Of a stretch of DNA of 64,000 nucleotides, positions 39,391 to 53,949 are shown piece by piece. The translations under genes and the position numbers were made by a program. This stretch comes from Octopus vulgaris (taxonomy: Eukaryota), in the NCBI GenBank assembly GCA_951406725.2, contig OX597819.1, positions 54,374,001-54,438,000 of the forward strand, read 5' to 3'. The stretch's first letter is position 1. Every line of letters starts with the position of its first letter. Under the pieces are notes generated by a model. It worked only from the letters and a program-made list of their open reading frames with translations, was not told the origin of the DNA and did no database searches.

Positions 39391-42300
39391 CAGTATTGTT
39401 TAATATAATGTTAAAATTATTCAATAGAATAAAAGGAACCATTGTATTTATATTGAATAGTGTATGTATGTGTGTTCAGTGCTGTATTGACAAGTTGGTC
39501 CATGGCTTAAACATCTTTGTGTTATTTCCTATCATAGAATATTATTAAACACAAAATTTTAAGAAGGGTATGATCTTATAGCAGTGAAAAGACAAAACTT
39601 AACACATTTCACTGTTGGGTTTAGTAAATATCTTGATGAAGCATTGTTTTATAGTCAGATGCCCTTCCAGTCACTAACCCTTACCTGTTTTCGAAGGCAC
39701 TAAACCAGCAGATGATTTGTTTGACTAGAAAAATTACTTCTTTACTTTTGGCTTGTGATTTTCAGAGAAGTGCAAATGACAAGATGCTTTCAGTTTCCAT
39801 CTACCAAATCTGCTAACAAGGATTTGATTGGCTCAGGTCTAAACTAGAAGACACTTAGCCAAAGTGCCACAGTGTGGGAGCAAACCTCAAGTTTGGGGGG
39901 AAAACTTCTTAACTATGCAGCTTACATAATATTTTTGTTTCCTTGATTGCAATATATCTATTCAAAGGAATAGCTAAATTCATCGTAAGAATTTTTCTAA
40001 TTTTATTAGGGGTTTATTAGAGATTACAGTTTAAGGTTATTTCAATTTGCATATTTAGAGTAATACTGCTAAGAAGTAATCTATAATTATGTCTTCAGCT
40101 TATTGACAATAAATAATAGTTAAATGTATAAATTTCAAATCATATATGCATTGAAATTTTCAGTGGATTCAATTGATTTTCTTTTTCAAGTTTATTTTTT
40201 CCCTTTCCTTCTTAATTTAAAGTATTCAAACTAGTTCACAATAAAGGTGCTAAGTGATAATAAAACCACAAATCATGAAGATAATAATAAAACCCAAATC
40301 CTGAAGACAATACAATGAGATTTCATGTTATGAAGTAACTGAAAGCTAAACGCTGCTTTGCTCTGTGAATTTGCAACATTTATTAAAGAAACAAAATAAG
40401 CTCTATAGCTTAGCATGAAGTGTGACTATGCACTGTTTTCAGCAAATACTTTTAATCAGTAAATAAAATTAATATAGTTCTAAGGAAAATCACAAACTGG
40501 AGTCAAAGGGTTAAATCACCTAATTAGTATAATGTTCGGGATTTCAGCCAATCCATCAAAGCTAAGCTGTCTAGTAGTTTACTAATTAAATGATTTCTCC
40601 ATAATAGTATTTCTGATCTTCTTTTCTCTCTCTTAAAAGAAAGAACTGCAATGCCATTTAATAGGTTATTTCTCCAGACAATGTTGATAACCTAAAAAAA
40701 GTTTTTCATTGGAACAATAAATATATAAGGTTTTATTTACTTAGGAAATTTTTTTCTTTTTTTTTTCTTTCTTTCATTATGTTGGAACATTCAGAAAGTC
40801 TCATATGCCTTATACATAAATATATGAAATTCTCTACATTAATTTCTGTGCAAGGGATATTACAACTAAGCAACAATAAGTTAGTCTAGTTGTACAAAAG
40901 AATTGGGGAATTTTTTATTGAAATATTACAGATGAGGTCATGGTAGATTATTAAATGTAGTTGGAAGTATATAATAAATAAATTATTTTCTCAGTATTGA
41001 ATGGTTCTTTGAGAGTTGGTGCTTAACTTCAGGTTTATGGCATATAACAGAAGAGAACTATATCTTTTCCTGAGTAGGATGAGTCTATCAGAAATATTCT
41101 TAGATGATAAGAGACCTATTCTTGACAGGTTGATTGAGACAGTATAGAATAATATGCTTGACAACAGGTTTGAATTTATGACCTATCTTGCCTACAATTA
41201 GAAGTATAGTGTTTATTTAGTGTTTTGACCTGACTAATTAGTGATTGCTCAATAAACTATTGTGGTGGATATGAAAGTACTATCAGGTTAAGGTGCTGGA
41301 ATTTATGACAGTCATATGGTATCTTTCAGCAACTGACTATTATCAGCCTGGTTCAGCTATTCTGGTTGGTAACAGTTTGCATTATTCCACTTAGCTAGTA
41401 GTAGAAAGGGCAGATACAAGTAAATGCAGTTACTCCAAAGTGTTGCTGACTTGAGTTGGGTGGTTTGACAGGATGTCATGAACCAGAAGACTGAGTCATG
41501 CTTTAATGTCTTCTTTGGCATGGTTTTTATGGCTGGATGCCTTTTCTACTGTACTGGATGCATCAACTACTGTACAGGCTTCCATTGTGAAATTTATAAA
41601 TTAATGACTGAAAATTTATGTAAATTCTATTAGACTTACAAACACCAATTAGAGTAAAAAAAAAAGGACAGCAGCAAGCTCATTGATAGAACAAGAACCA
41701 CTTGTTTGTGATATTTACTATTCTTTCTTTTCAAATTCTTATGTGTGTCTGTTGGGGCACTTGCAGATGCAAATATCATATTTCCATTGTGTTTATGATG
41801 TGTAAATATAAAAAAAGAATAGCAAAAATTGTTGTTCCAACTTCAAGATAACATAAGTGATTTAAATTAAAACTTTCCATCAAAGTTGCATGTTAATCTA
41901 TGTTTCAAACACCAGATTAATAGTGACAAAAAATTATTTAAATGGATTCTTCATTATTTTCAAAATTAATTAAAACAAAGACAGTGTATTTCAACAATAA
42001 TATGGTTTACAAAAGGTTTACAATACTATTATGATTTTTGACTTCACTTTGCTATTTTTTCTGTTGCTGGTTTTGAAATTAGGGTATTACTTCTAAGCAA
42101 ATGTGGTGCATGTGTGTTGTGTGTATATGTATAGATAGCATATTCAGCTATGAGATCTGTGTGGAAATAGTAAATAAAAGGAGGATAAAATGAAATGCGT
42201 GTGTGCACATGCTAACTGAAAATAGGACTTCTACTGAATTCAGTATTTTATTCTCTGGGTAATTATGCTTGTACATAGGTTCATTATAAAATGTACATGA

Positions 42301-43261
42301 AATCCCTGTAAAACAGTGTTGTTTCTAGTGAGTGTTTGCATGTAAATCGTGTGTGTGATAGTGAGTGTGCACGCATGCACACACACACACACACATAAGC
42401 CTTTGATCATTGAAAAATGTTGGAGTGTAATATAAAATGGCTATAAACATCCAGCTAAAAGAGCAAATATTGTCTTTAATTTTTTTTACATTCTTCATTA
42501 AGTTGCTTTCATCATTTACCTACATCTACCATACTTTGCTCAAGTACAATGCAATCTCAAATATAATGTAATGCCCAAACATTTTACAGCTGAAAATAAA
42601 ATTTATTTCATCCTCTTATGCAACATTATCCTTGAGAACATCTATTTTTGATATTTTTCCAGAAATCAATGTAAAATCACTGCAAATTTTAAAACAACAA
42701 AAAACAAAAGCTAAAAAACTAATACACAAACACTAAAACTGACATGGTCTTTGTTTTTGAATAACTTTTGTTGAAAAGCCACTTTTAAAAAAAAATTTAT
42801 TTAATAGTTTTTCTTCACATTCCTAATGTTGCTTTGTAAGCAATATGTCTCTTTTTGACTTCACATTCTTACTTTTACAGTCAGGATGTATTCTGAAAAT
42901 GTTTTCCACTGCTAGTACACATTATATAGTTATGTAACTCCCACATTTCAAACTGTAGTCATTTATAATGACTTTAAAACAATAATGACACATCACTACC
43001 AGCATTCTAACAGAATTAACAATTGCCATTGGATGTGTTCACCACATATATTCTGTTTCAAAGCTGCTAGCAATGAAGCTTGTATATCAGTTTTTACGCT
43101 AATTTATTTTATATTAAATTTATCACTTTATACACAAATATATTCTTTTGTGATACAGCTTGAAAATACAAAGAGATATCTTGACAGCAAACTAGGATTC
43201 AATCTTTATTTTTCTCTCTCTTTCTCCTCATTTTGTGTTGACTTGTACATAATGTGTTTAA

Positions 43262-44336
43262 CCTTTTCGTTACCAAACCGCCCGAAAAAAATTTTGGTTA
43301 ATGTGACCAAACCGCTCAAAGCCACCTGAATTTACCTATTCATATTTAAATGAGAATATCAGAGGAAATCTCTTTAGTTCATTCGTGAAAACACGTATTA
43401 TACTTCGTAAAGAGTTCAACTACAGTTTTGTACAAAAATTGAAGTGTAATTTTAATTTCGTGAATTTTGAGAGATTTTTTTCCGAAATTTGTTCCTATTG
43501 TGTTTTCAAAATTTGTAATTCTGACAAAAAATGGATACGAATTTCATTATATCAAGCAGCGAGTCAGAATTCGAAGGATTTTCTACTGAAGACCTTCATA
43601 AATCTAACTCTATGACTGAAAAAAAAAAGCACGTGGTATTTGATAATGAATCTGATGTTTCATTTTCCGAAAGTGAAAACAGTGAATCCGAGAGCTCCGA
43701 CAGTGATAAAGAAAATGAATTGGCATCTGAATGGAGTGAAAATTTAAAAACTGTTTCTTCCGGTGATTTTTCTGAAGAAACTGGACCAAGCCACAGACTT
43801 TCCCAGGAGAGTAAAGCCTTAGACTATTTCTTTTTATTTTTCGAATGAGCCTATTTGAAATCATTACGGTGGAAACGAACCGTTACGCTAAATGTAAACA
43901 AAACGAAAGAAAGGATAGTTAGTGGTTTCCCATAACCTTAAATGAAATTAAGACTATTTTGCCATAAATATTGTTATGGGTATCAGAAAGTTACCCAGAA
44001 TAACAAATTCTATCGTAAAATTTTGTTGTATACACAATTGAATATTAGCTAATAACCCATTTTCTATAGCGATGTTTGAACAAAATTTTAATAATTTTAT
44101 ATTTTGTTGAATTTACCTGTATCTACCTGCAATTAGAGTCACTTTGTGACAAAAATTATAGTATAGAATTGGTTGAGAACATTTCATTAAATTATCTTCC
44201 AAAATTCACGTTAATATATTGATAAATAAAAAAGTTATAGTTCTTTAATGAAACCAGACTAAATTTATGATTATGTAAGAAATTAATTGAAACACATAAG
44301 GGGTGTATTTTGGTCAGAAATATAGTAACGAAAGGG
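43262..44336 (+). mobile_element. Internally deleted piggyBac transposon, 1075 bp
   Basis: TTAA at 43258-43261 and 44337-44340; TIRs CCTTTTCGTTACCA / TAGTAACGAAAGGG (12/14). Acidic N-terminal ORF 43531-43848 ends LDYFFLFF and continues over frameshifts as LFEIITVETNRYA...*WFPITLNEIK.YFAINIVMGIRKLP. Confidence 0.92.
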
Positions 44337-44949
44337 TTAATGCGGCATAAACTGTTATACAACAGCTATTGTAAAGAGCCTGACATCAGGCTTGTAAGAA
44401 ACTCAGCACTACAAGCTAAAGAGGCATTTGTAAATTATACTATGTTTGTGTGGCTCACTGAGCTTATAATGTACCTACTTCGTTGTATCAATTTGATGTT
44501 GGGTGGCACAGGCTGACTATTATCATAGACACTGTCCAGTTCTAGTTCTTGCTCATCTGGAATTCTCTAGAATTTAGACCTCAGAATGTAATTAAAGTTT
44601 GCTGCTATTACAATATTTAAAGTCTGAATATATGCAGTTGTGATTTACTTGAACATTCTATGATTATTATTTAGGTTATCGTGTAGCATATTGGAATAAG
44701 AATCTTTATTATAGAGAGAAATAAAATGTTTATATTGGAAGAAATAGTTTCTGGTTTTAGAGTCTGTCTATTAATCCTCCCTACATTTCTCTCTCTCTTT
44801 CAATTCACGAAGATCACAGAAGCTTATTATTTATCATGTCTGGAACGTTTTCTATTAATGGAGAAGTTGGAACTTCACAGGCCTCTAAAGGAGACAAGGT
44901 TTTTTTTTGTATCATTATCAAAAGAGATGAAAAAGTTGTCATAATGGCT

Positions 44950-45150
44950 GTTGTTTCTTAACCATAGGCCAGCTCTATCTGAATTGATCCACAATAAGAA
45001 GCATTCTAACTATAACCATCCCATCTTTTTTGTATGTGCTAGGACCGTATGTGTACATTATCCCATGTGTCCTTTCCTAAGATGCTGGGGTATGATTTGA
45101 GTGTGCTTTTGCTACAATTTCTAACAGGTTGAGCAACCATGTAGAGGATA
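44950..45150. mobile_element. Older dispersed ~200-bp SINE-like family
   Basis: Shared motif (TGATCAAAGG..TTCCAG.CATGACCAT...TGTGTCCTTTC...ATGATTTGAG...GCTATTTCTA) recurs near 9140, 13660, 50290, 50900, 54995 and 61250, and inverted near 25285, 49545 and 62140. Confidence 0.65.
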
Positions 45151-46202
45151 CTTTGCTGCTTGAGCTAAACAGATATCTTTGGTGTTTTGTTTTTCTTGTC
45201 TCTTATACCGTGGAAACTAATTGGCTCAGTATGAATTCCATGTCAAAATCATATATTTATTTTAATGTAAGTCGAGTTAATCTTAGTTATTATACATTAC
45301 TACATTATTAATCATATGTTTCCAGCTATTGTTGTCTCCATTACTAACTTACTTTCTCTCTGTTTATCTGTTCTGCTGATATGTTAGTTGTAAGATAAGA
45401 AAGAATGATATAGTGCTCTGATTGGATAAAAACTCACAACTTCTCAAATAAGAATGCTGTGGCACATTCTGTTTGTGGTAATGGAATTAAAACAACAACA
45501 ACAAAAATATCTAGTTCAACAGTTAGTGAGATTAGTGGTTCTCTGTGATTAAAGACTTGCCAAACAATTGACTCTATTTTGAATACAGTCCAACACATAT
45601 AAGCAATAGTAGCTCAAGTCTTAAGCAGTATTCCTGAAAGAGAAAATATGTATGTTTTGAAGGAGAGGCGAAGAAATTTTGAAGACTGCCTAGAGAACCA
45701 CAATTCCTTGGTTTATAAATATCTAGCTTCCAAAACATAATCACTGTTTTTGTTTCTTTAGAAATATTTGCTTTACAGTGACGTGTGTGTGTGTGTGTGT
45801 GTGTTCTAAAATATATGGTTCAAAATATTCTGTGTTACATTTGTTATGGGTAACAGTTACTGGTAAAAAAATAAAATGAAATAATAAGAAATTTTTTTTA
45901 AAATGTCTTAGCCTTTGTTGTTGATAAATGTCCATTATATATTGATTTCTTACATTGACATAAGGTCACACAATTTTAGAGAGAACACTGTCGATTTAAT
46001 CAACCACAATATTTGATTGGTATTTATATTACCCACCCTGCAAACATGAATGACAGCGTTAATTCCTGCAGGATTTAAAACTAAAAACATAAATGGGACA
46101 TAACTAAATATTGCAAGATATTTTGTTCAATGTTCTGCTGATTCTGTCATTCACTGTTGTCGTGTGTATGTATGTGTGTGTATATGTATGTATGTATGTA
46201 TG

Positions 46203-46249
<47 letters not shown>

Positions 46250-48550
46250 TTGTTGTTTTGAAGACAAAAGAATGTTTATAATATTGGTTTTAGTGCTGAC
46301 TGTATTCTATTAATTATATATTTCCATTAGTTATATATCTACCCCCTCTCTTTCTCTCAACATTTAAGGAAAACCAGTTACTGTAATAAAAATAAAGAAT
46401 TATTGCTGTGTGTGTGTGAGAGAGAGAGTCAGTTGGAAATTTATGAAATAAAATGGAGAGTACTCAATACATCAAACTAAGTAACAATGGCACACAAATA
46501 TCCATTTACGGAATATAGGAAATCATTTGATAAGAAACTTTAATTAATGACTGAGTGTTAGCCATCTCTCACTGTTTTTGTTGACTAGCCACATACTTGG
46601 TTGCAAAATTGTGAAGAAAAAAACACAGAATCTAAAGGTGTGTCCTGTCTTTCTATGGATGTTTCCACAGCTAATTACTTCTAGAAATTCACAAATACCA
46701 CAAGGCATCCACTTTACTAATCCACTGTCTTGGATTACAAGACTTCTTTATCAACCCCAGTAAGGCAAAAGGCAAAGTTGGCCAATGTGGTATTTCTGTT
46801 GAACATTATTCTTTGTCAACAGCAACCATTTTCCTTTCCTTCAATAGTTTTTCATAACTCCCTTTATTGAGTACAGTTTCATGCATTCTCGCCTGGTCTC
46901 TGGGTTGCGGATACCGTCTTCCCGACAGTCTCAGAGACCCTACAACTAGTGAATTCTGTCTGCCCTCCTGACAAATAAATAAAAGATCTTCACCAAGGTA
47001 ATTTAATAAATGCCTCTGGGATTTATTTTTTGGCAGTGAGAACATTTACATAGTTTGACACAGCTTTTTAAAGATATTTATCATAAATATAAATGTAACA
47101 CTTTTTTTAACAACAAAAATACCCATGGAAATTCTAATAAAGTTTTGAAATAGTATTCTCACAATGTAGTTATTTATTCATATAAGTGTATTTAAATTAC
47201 AAGTTTAGAATTTAAGGAATATTAGAAACAAAATTGTCAAACATTATTTTCTGCCAAAAATCTCAAGTTAATTTATTTCCTAATATATTTAAATTAGGTT
47301 ATTTTTCATCAAACTGAGGTGGGATATTTTGTTCTGTTGAACATTATTAGCAACTCCTTTCTACTCCACTGGCATTAAGTGATGAATTTTCATATGGAGA
47401 AAAAAATAATAAAATTAAAATAAATAATAAAAATGTTAAAATAGTGGGAAATAGTTTTATGGTACCAAAAATCAAGGTATGGCATACACTGTAGTATATG
47501 TGGTAATGCTTTCACTCTGGACCTGATACACTTAACTGTCTCAAATTGGTACTTATAATGCTTAGTAATATTTTGTTAAGGACCACTGGTATTAGGCATT
47601 TTCTTTTCAAGTGTAACAAAAAAATGTTTTTGGAAAATATCAATTCAGTGAAGAAAGCAAAAACTTTGTATGTAAGATCTTAGTTCCTTTAGTATTAAAA
47701 TCAAAGTCTGTGTGTGTGTGTGTGTGTGTACTGCTTTTAAAAATTATTTAAGTTCTCTAAATGAAATAAAGAAAATAAGGCCAGCAGTGTGAAAATGCTT
47801 TCTTACTTCACTGTAAGTTTGCACATGTGTATATGTTTGCATGCAAGCAATAGGTGTATGTATGTGTATCTATATATATTATTATATTTCTATTAGATTG
47901 ATTAGATCTTGAATGGTTCTCATTGATAAAACTATATCTTTCAATTTGCTTTGTTAGATGTTACACTAAGTAAAACTAGGTGTTAATATTCAAGCCATTT
48001 CAGATAGTAATGATTTGTTTCAGTGGGTAGATTTAGATGCAGTAGTGCTAGGTTGAGCAAATTCTGTAGAAGCCCACTTGTCATGATTTGTCTTATTTTT
48101 AAACATAGTTTTATTCCTTATTTTTTTGTCTGTTATATTATTACACAATGATATGTTGGGCTCTGACAAGTTTGTATGTGTGTGTGTTCTATGAAAAACT
48201 AGTTCTGCTGTGTAGAAAATCTATCACAAGTAATGAAGCAGTGAAGTGGCACACTGGACTAAATACCTTTCAGTATTTATCTCAATTTTTGTATTCACTG
48301 ATTTTGAATCCCTCATGGGGTTGAGATTTTAGACTTTCATTACAGATATGTGTTGGGATTAGTGTCTCAGGAAATTGTCATAAGAATGTTATTCTTTTTA
48401 CTTTATATTTTAGCACCATGCCAGCATGGGAAATGGAAGTGAAATGATGATGATGGGGATGGTTTAATTAAGGAAAATAACTTTATTTGTAAGGTTATGC
48501 TATTTTTTATTTTTATATATAAAGGAGTATTTATAAATTTATTATTTCAG

Positions 48551-48733
48551 GCTCAACTAATTGCCCAGTCTATTGGGCAGGCATTCCAGGTTGCCTACAT
48601 GGAGTTTCTGAAAGCTAACGGTATTGATGACCCCGGTATCATCAAGGAGATGGACTACCAGGATGTGCTGAACCAGCAAGAAATCATGGGGGAAGAATTA
48701 AACCTTTTCACCAATAAGGATTTCCACAGAGAG
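48551..48733 (+). CDS. lin-10: Mint/X11/APBA-family adaptor, exon C (PTB C-terminal helix and linker)
   Basis: tttcag|GCT...GAG|gtaagg; 183 nt, phase 0. AQLIAQSIGQAFQVAYMEFLKANGIDDPGIIKEMDYQDVLNQQEIMGEELNLFTNKDFHRE directly continues CHVFESDE as in known X11 proteins. Confidence 0.97.
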
Positions 48734-48797
48734 GTAAGGGAAATTTTTTTTTTTTTCATTTAGTTTTCTTAATTAGTATAATTAAAACATGTACTTA

Positions 48798-48989
48798 CTG
48801 TATTTGTTAGCATGAAAGATGCACAGGCATATTAGATGCACCCCAATTTCAGCAGTGCATATTCAGGAAAAAATAGTTTTTAGTGCCTTAAAGCTTATGG
48901 GAGGCCCAACTTTGTGTATAGGATCCAAGATGAATTTTTGAGAGACATCTTTTTTTAAAACAGACCATCTTATATGCCATCAAATATGG
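48798..48989. mobile_element. pogo/Tigger-type MITE
   Basis: TA-CTGTATTTGTTAGCATGAAAGATG ... CATCTTATATGCCATCAAATATGG imperfect TIRs, resembling the right end of the 18607-20254 element. Confidence 0.65.
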
Positions 48990-51413
48990 TTTTTCAAATT
49001 TGGTTCAACTCTCAAAAATGTGATCGTTTCGTATTGAATTATTTTTGTCTCACAGATAATGTCTACTAACATTGTAGTGTATGCCATTAGTCTAGATAAA
49101 TATCTCTTTTAGTTGATTGTGCTTATTAGAATTATGTAATTTTATTCCATTTTATAACCTTACACTAAAGCACTTGTACAACATCTTTGTGAACAAAAAT
49201 AACTCAGTTTGTTTCTACTTTGGGTTTTTGGTGATTAGTTCTCATTTTCTTTCAGTACCCATCAATTATCTTAGAAATAACTCATCTGTTGGCTCTTGGA
49301 TGTCATTGTATCCAGCTCCTAAATGTATCTTTTCAAAACCACTTTGTTCATTACCAGTGAGAAATATGTTTCCTCTGTTGTTGATTCTTTCTGTTTTTAA
49401 GCTCTCACATCAAGTATCAAGAATATATTTTTGGTTTTACAACAACAACAAAAAATTCGAATTCAACATAATGGCATAGTAATTTGATTTTATTTATAAC
49501 CAGTTTGTAAAACTGTTATATTTGTCAGCTAATGAGGAAGTTTGTATGTGGCTCCACAACTTAGTAGAATTAGCAGCTAAATCTGCCTCAAATCGCAGCC
49601 TAGAAAGAGATAAGATATATTGGATAATATAGTCCTAGATACACTATGCCTGAAAAAAAGACAAGATACTCTTACCCAGAACACTTTTGATCTTTGGTTT
49701 ATTTGCTCAGACTAACTTGGGTTGAAAACAACTTTTTCTTTTGTCAGAGGAGAAAGTGGAGTGCCCATAATCCTCTGTGGCCTCTGAATTAGTTGGAGGA
49801 AAAAGTGGAAGAAACCCTGATTCATAAGTTGGTGTAGCACATCAAAGTGTTGAGTTAAACTCAGATAAGAGATCTTGTCCAAATACTTGGAACACAATAA
49901 ACCTCACTAACGATACTCAAAGACCAAGTTAAAGTAGGTGGTAGATTAAGTTTACTTCCCAAGAACCGATACAGTTTATCTAGCAGGCTTCTATACAGTT
50001 TCCATCTACTCAGTTACACTTATAAAGCTGGGAGTTAACACAATAATCTAGTAAAAAGTACTTACCCAAGGTGCTGCACATTGGAGTTGAACTGTGTAAT
50101 TGTATAGTTATTAACTATATGGTCATGACTACATTATTCAAAATTATAACAGTAATAAAACAGACCACAATTCTGTCAGTTCAGCTTTTTACATTGATTA
50201 GCATGATCACATTATCTCTAGTGTGGATACAAAGCTAAACTGGACATCAATTGCAAATAAAGGCAGAATTTGGTATTTAAGTAATTGCTATTTAACCCCA
50301 GATCAGCCCTGATTGGACAGGCCTTTGATCAAAGGTCTCTTCAGTCATGACCATTGCATCTTTTATTTTTTATACCAAGGATTACATTGTTCAGTGTGTC
50401 CTTCCTTTTTAAACCCTTAACATTTTGAGTTGAGAACAGTTTGGTTGTTATTTCTCACAAGTTAAGTAACTGCATAGAGGCTCTCTCACAGGGTTGTCTT
50501 TGTACTTAAATTTTCTTAGATGCTTCTGCAAATTGCTTACATGGAGTCCATGTGCAAAGATCTTATAAAACAATCATTAAAGCTCTTTACTCTGAAGTTT
50601 TTTGAATACAAATCACAACACAACTCTCTGTCCAAAATAACTGTCCCTGAAGAAGATTCAGAAAGTCAGGTTTAGAAAATATAAGTCCTGTGTAAACCAT
50701 TGTTCCGTAATCTTGCTGCAAATGGAAACAATGATTGATGAAATATTCAAGTTCCATGGTGATCACTTAAATGACTGATGGTTTGCTATAGTCATTGTGA
50801 ATATCTTTTCACTCAATCATTCCATTTCTTATTTTGCTTTTATTAACTCTACTACATGAAAATTGTTTGTCTTGATTCCTTTGTTACTGTTGTTATTGTT
50901 TTTGCCCTAAGTCAACTCTGACTGAACCGGGCTATGATCAAAGGTATTCCAATAGCAGCCATCCTTTTTGTATATCAAGAACTGCATACATTGTTCAATA
51001 TATCCTTTTTTGTTTATGTTAGGCTGTGATTTGCAGATTTGACTGCTACATCTAGTAGAGTGGCAGCTAAGAGGTTTCCTTGTTAGTTAGATTTTTTTTT
51101 TTTTTTTTGTTATTTGAGGTGAAAAGCCAACTGCTCTTTTTCTTTCCTCTTAATTTCATCACCTTTGCTATTCTTATAATGGTCTCTCTTAATTTTAAAT
51201 GATTCATATAAAATTTTTCCAATTTTTGTTTTAACTGAATTTGCTTCCACCTCTGTTTAGACAGTGGTAAAGATATAAGATATAAGAATAGTTTTTTTTA
51301 TTTTATTTTTTTTATTTTCATTACTTATGACATTTGCTGTCCCTTCAACATTGGTGATAGTTTGGCAACTGATGCCTAGCTTGGTCATCTGCAAGTTGAT
51401 ATCTATATATCAC

Positions 51414-51451
51414 CCTCACTATTAACATCTTTTGAGATGTTAATAGTGAGG
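51414..51451. repeat. Perfect 17-bp stem, 4-nt loop hairpin
   Basis: CCTCACTATTAACATCT-TTTG-AGATGTTAATAGTGAGG. Confidence 0.95.
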
Positions 51452-53299
51452 ACAATATATAGGAAGTTAGTAAGATCAGTTAATTTACCTTTCTTAGGAA
51501 TTGACACACAGACTGTAGCTTGTCTCCTTAGATTAATAGATTTGAAATTTATTTTTACTATCTTAAATTCAATTTAAATTGAACTTGATGTATCTTTTTA
51601 GCATTAACAAGAACTGAAGACTTAAAATTCTTGACTTCAGAATTACTTTCCAGAAACTTTAAACCTTATATCATTTCCTTCACACTTGAGAGATAGAAAA
51701 CAAGTAACATTTCATGAAAAGATGGTTTGCTCTAGGAAGAGTTCCAAAGGACCTGCTGCCAGAATGCAATATATTTGATTGTACAGATATACATCATTCA
51801 TATTTGTGCATCTGCAAACTAGCGAGAATAAACAATTTTGTATTAAAAGCTTCGCTTGCTGTGCAGAAGAGAAGTGGTTACTCTGATTAGGATAAAATTG
51901 ATAACATGAGCTGAGTAAAAGATATTTGACCTGACAGTTGTCAGCTTGTGGCGCAAGACAAGTAAGATTTAGACAGATCTGTTCTTGATCAAATATTGTT
52001 TTTCACTTCAAGGGAAAATGTTATTTGGCAAATATGCACAAATTTTTCCAGCTTAAGCTTAAAGTTCACCACAAATGTTGCATTCTACTCAGAGGCACGT
52101 ATTAATCGTTCTTATTTTTTATTTTTAACCTTATTCTCCTTTTCTCAGTCTGTCTTGCTGAAAGATAGTTGCTTGTTCTGTTCCATAGTCAGAGTTAGGG
52201 AGAGTATTCCACTCTAAAATGTCTATTCTTACATTCAATACAAATATTTGAATCTAACAAGCAGTTGTGTGTGCATTCACTTATACACTATGTTTACACA
52301 CTAATAAAAAAAGATATTCAAACATATGCAGATATCTGAAAGCTAACAGAACTAACTTATATTTCAAGTGCTAATACAATAGATGCAGACAAAATGTTTT
52401 AAAAAAGAAAGAAATTAAAAATGATTGAGATAATGTTTATTTGAATGTTTTTATATCAAATTCTAAAAAAATCTGATCTAATGTGGCTTGTTCTACATGA
52501 TTACATACAATTATATATGTAATAATGTAAGAGTCAATGCTCTTACATGAGTTTTGAGATGGTCAGTTGAATATATGCAGGAAGTGTGCATATTCATCAG
52601 ATATATACAAAATATATTTGTCAAAAAATACACAAAATTAGCTTTCATTATTTGTTTACATTTCCTTTTTGCTATGTCTGTTACCTGGCATTACTTTATT
52701 TTATGTTAATGTTGGGCTACTTTTGCTTTTAATGCTGCAATAATGACTGCAAAAACTTTGATAAATATTGTAATAAATACTAGTTGTGGAACATAGCATC
52801 TAAAGACTAGTTATTACTTTCAAATCAAATAGCAAATAGCAGAATACATTAATTTAATGACTCTTCTAAAAATGGCAGTGAAATTGGTTTTTTAAAGACA
52901 TATTAAGATTGCAGGTACTAATTTTAATACAACAAAATATTTCTCTTTTGATAATTTAATGTGAAATTCAGATTAGTAATTGGTTGCTGAAATTTGTTTT
53001 GGAAAAATTACACAAATAGCATTTAGATAAATATTTATCAAATAAAATATATTCAGAGCTATGGGTCTATATGTTGTTTACACATACAGAATTACAAATA
53101 TGCATATTCTATGAGAATAACAACTGATAGCATGACTGACATGTTATTTTTTGAAAGTTAAGTTTTGTTTATTCCTGCTCTCACCAGAGTATCAGACAAC
53201 AGAATTTCTTCAATGGCTATGATTACATTCAGCCAATCAAACAACTTACTTTCAGACTTCATCTGCCTCAAATCTTCTTTGGCCTTTTAGCTGTCTCCC

Positions 53300-53760
53300 C
53301 TTTCTATTATTATTTCCTAAGAATCATTCTAGTGTTATTCCTGCAGGCTTCTCTCCCTAAAGACAAAGATTTCCTCTGTATTTTTCTCATCAAATAGGTA
53401 CCTTTCTAGCATACCAGCATGAAGAATTTTAAGAACGCACTGCCAGTGGAAAGCACTGTCCACATCTCACAGGATAACACAAACTAAAATATAGTTTTGT
53501 GGTTCCTTTGCTAGTGTTAGACTATTTAGGGCAAATATTCTTTCACAACTTTACTTATCCTTGCTTATTCTATTACATACCACCTTCTCTAAAGATTGCT
53601 TCCAAAGTGAGAAAAGATCCCAATGTTCAACTGCTGATTTATGCTGATGTGATGGTTGCTATGAATCCATTTATCATGACCTTGGTTTTCTTGTTGTTAA
53701 GTAATTCAGCTTTAGTAGTACATTCTTGTTTTGTTGGTCATCTGTTGAAGGCAGAATATG
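53300..53760 (-). pseudogene. Very decayed LINE reverse-transcriptase C-terminal fragment
   Basis: Minus-strand fragments LNNKKTKVM, FGSNL and CEMWT-like occur in the order typical of RTE ORF2 (N..KTK.M, F.YLGS, YG.E.WT). Confidence 0.4.
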
Positions 53761-53949
53761 AAACAAGTTGCTATTTTGAGTGTCATTTACCTACCTTTGT
53801 AAATACCATTAGTGCACTCAGCAGTGATGGTTGAAATAACAGACACCTATTGATTATCACACCTTGTGAGTCTAAATTATGGGTGACTAGGTTTTATTAA
53901 AAAAGAATAAACAACAATATACTAAATAATTTAATTAGAAGCTGTAAAG

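Larger units (their letters stand above)
3821..48550 (+). other. 44,730-bp GT-AG intron between exons B and C
   Basis: Flanking exons are contiguous in the known protein family (FESDE|AQLIAQ); no intervening coding exon recognised. Confidence 0.9.

Noticed and set aside
46806-47045. GC-richer 79-aa minus-strand ORF
   Set aside because: No recognisable domain or splice-site support; probably a repeat fragment that I cannot classify.
50645-50670. CC-CTGAAGA-AGATTCA-GAAAGTC-AGG hammerhead-like motif
   Set aside because: No stem II can form; too short to distinguish from chance.
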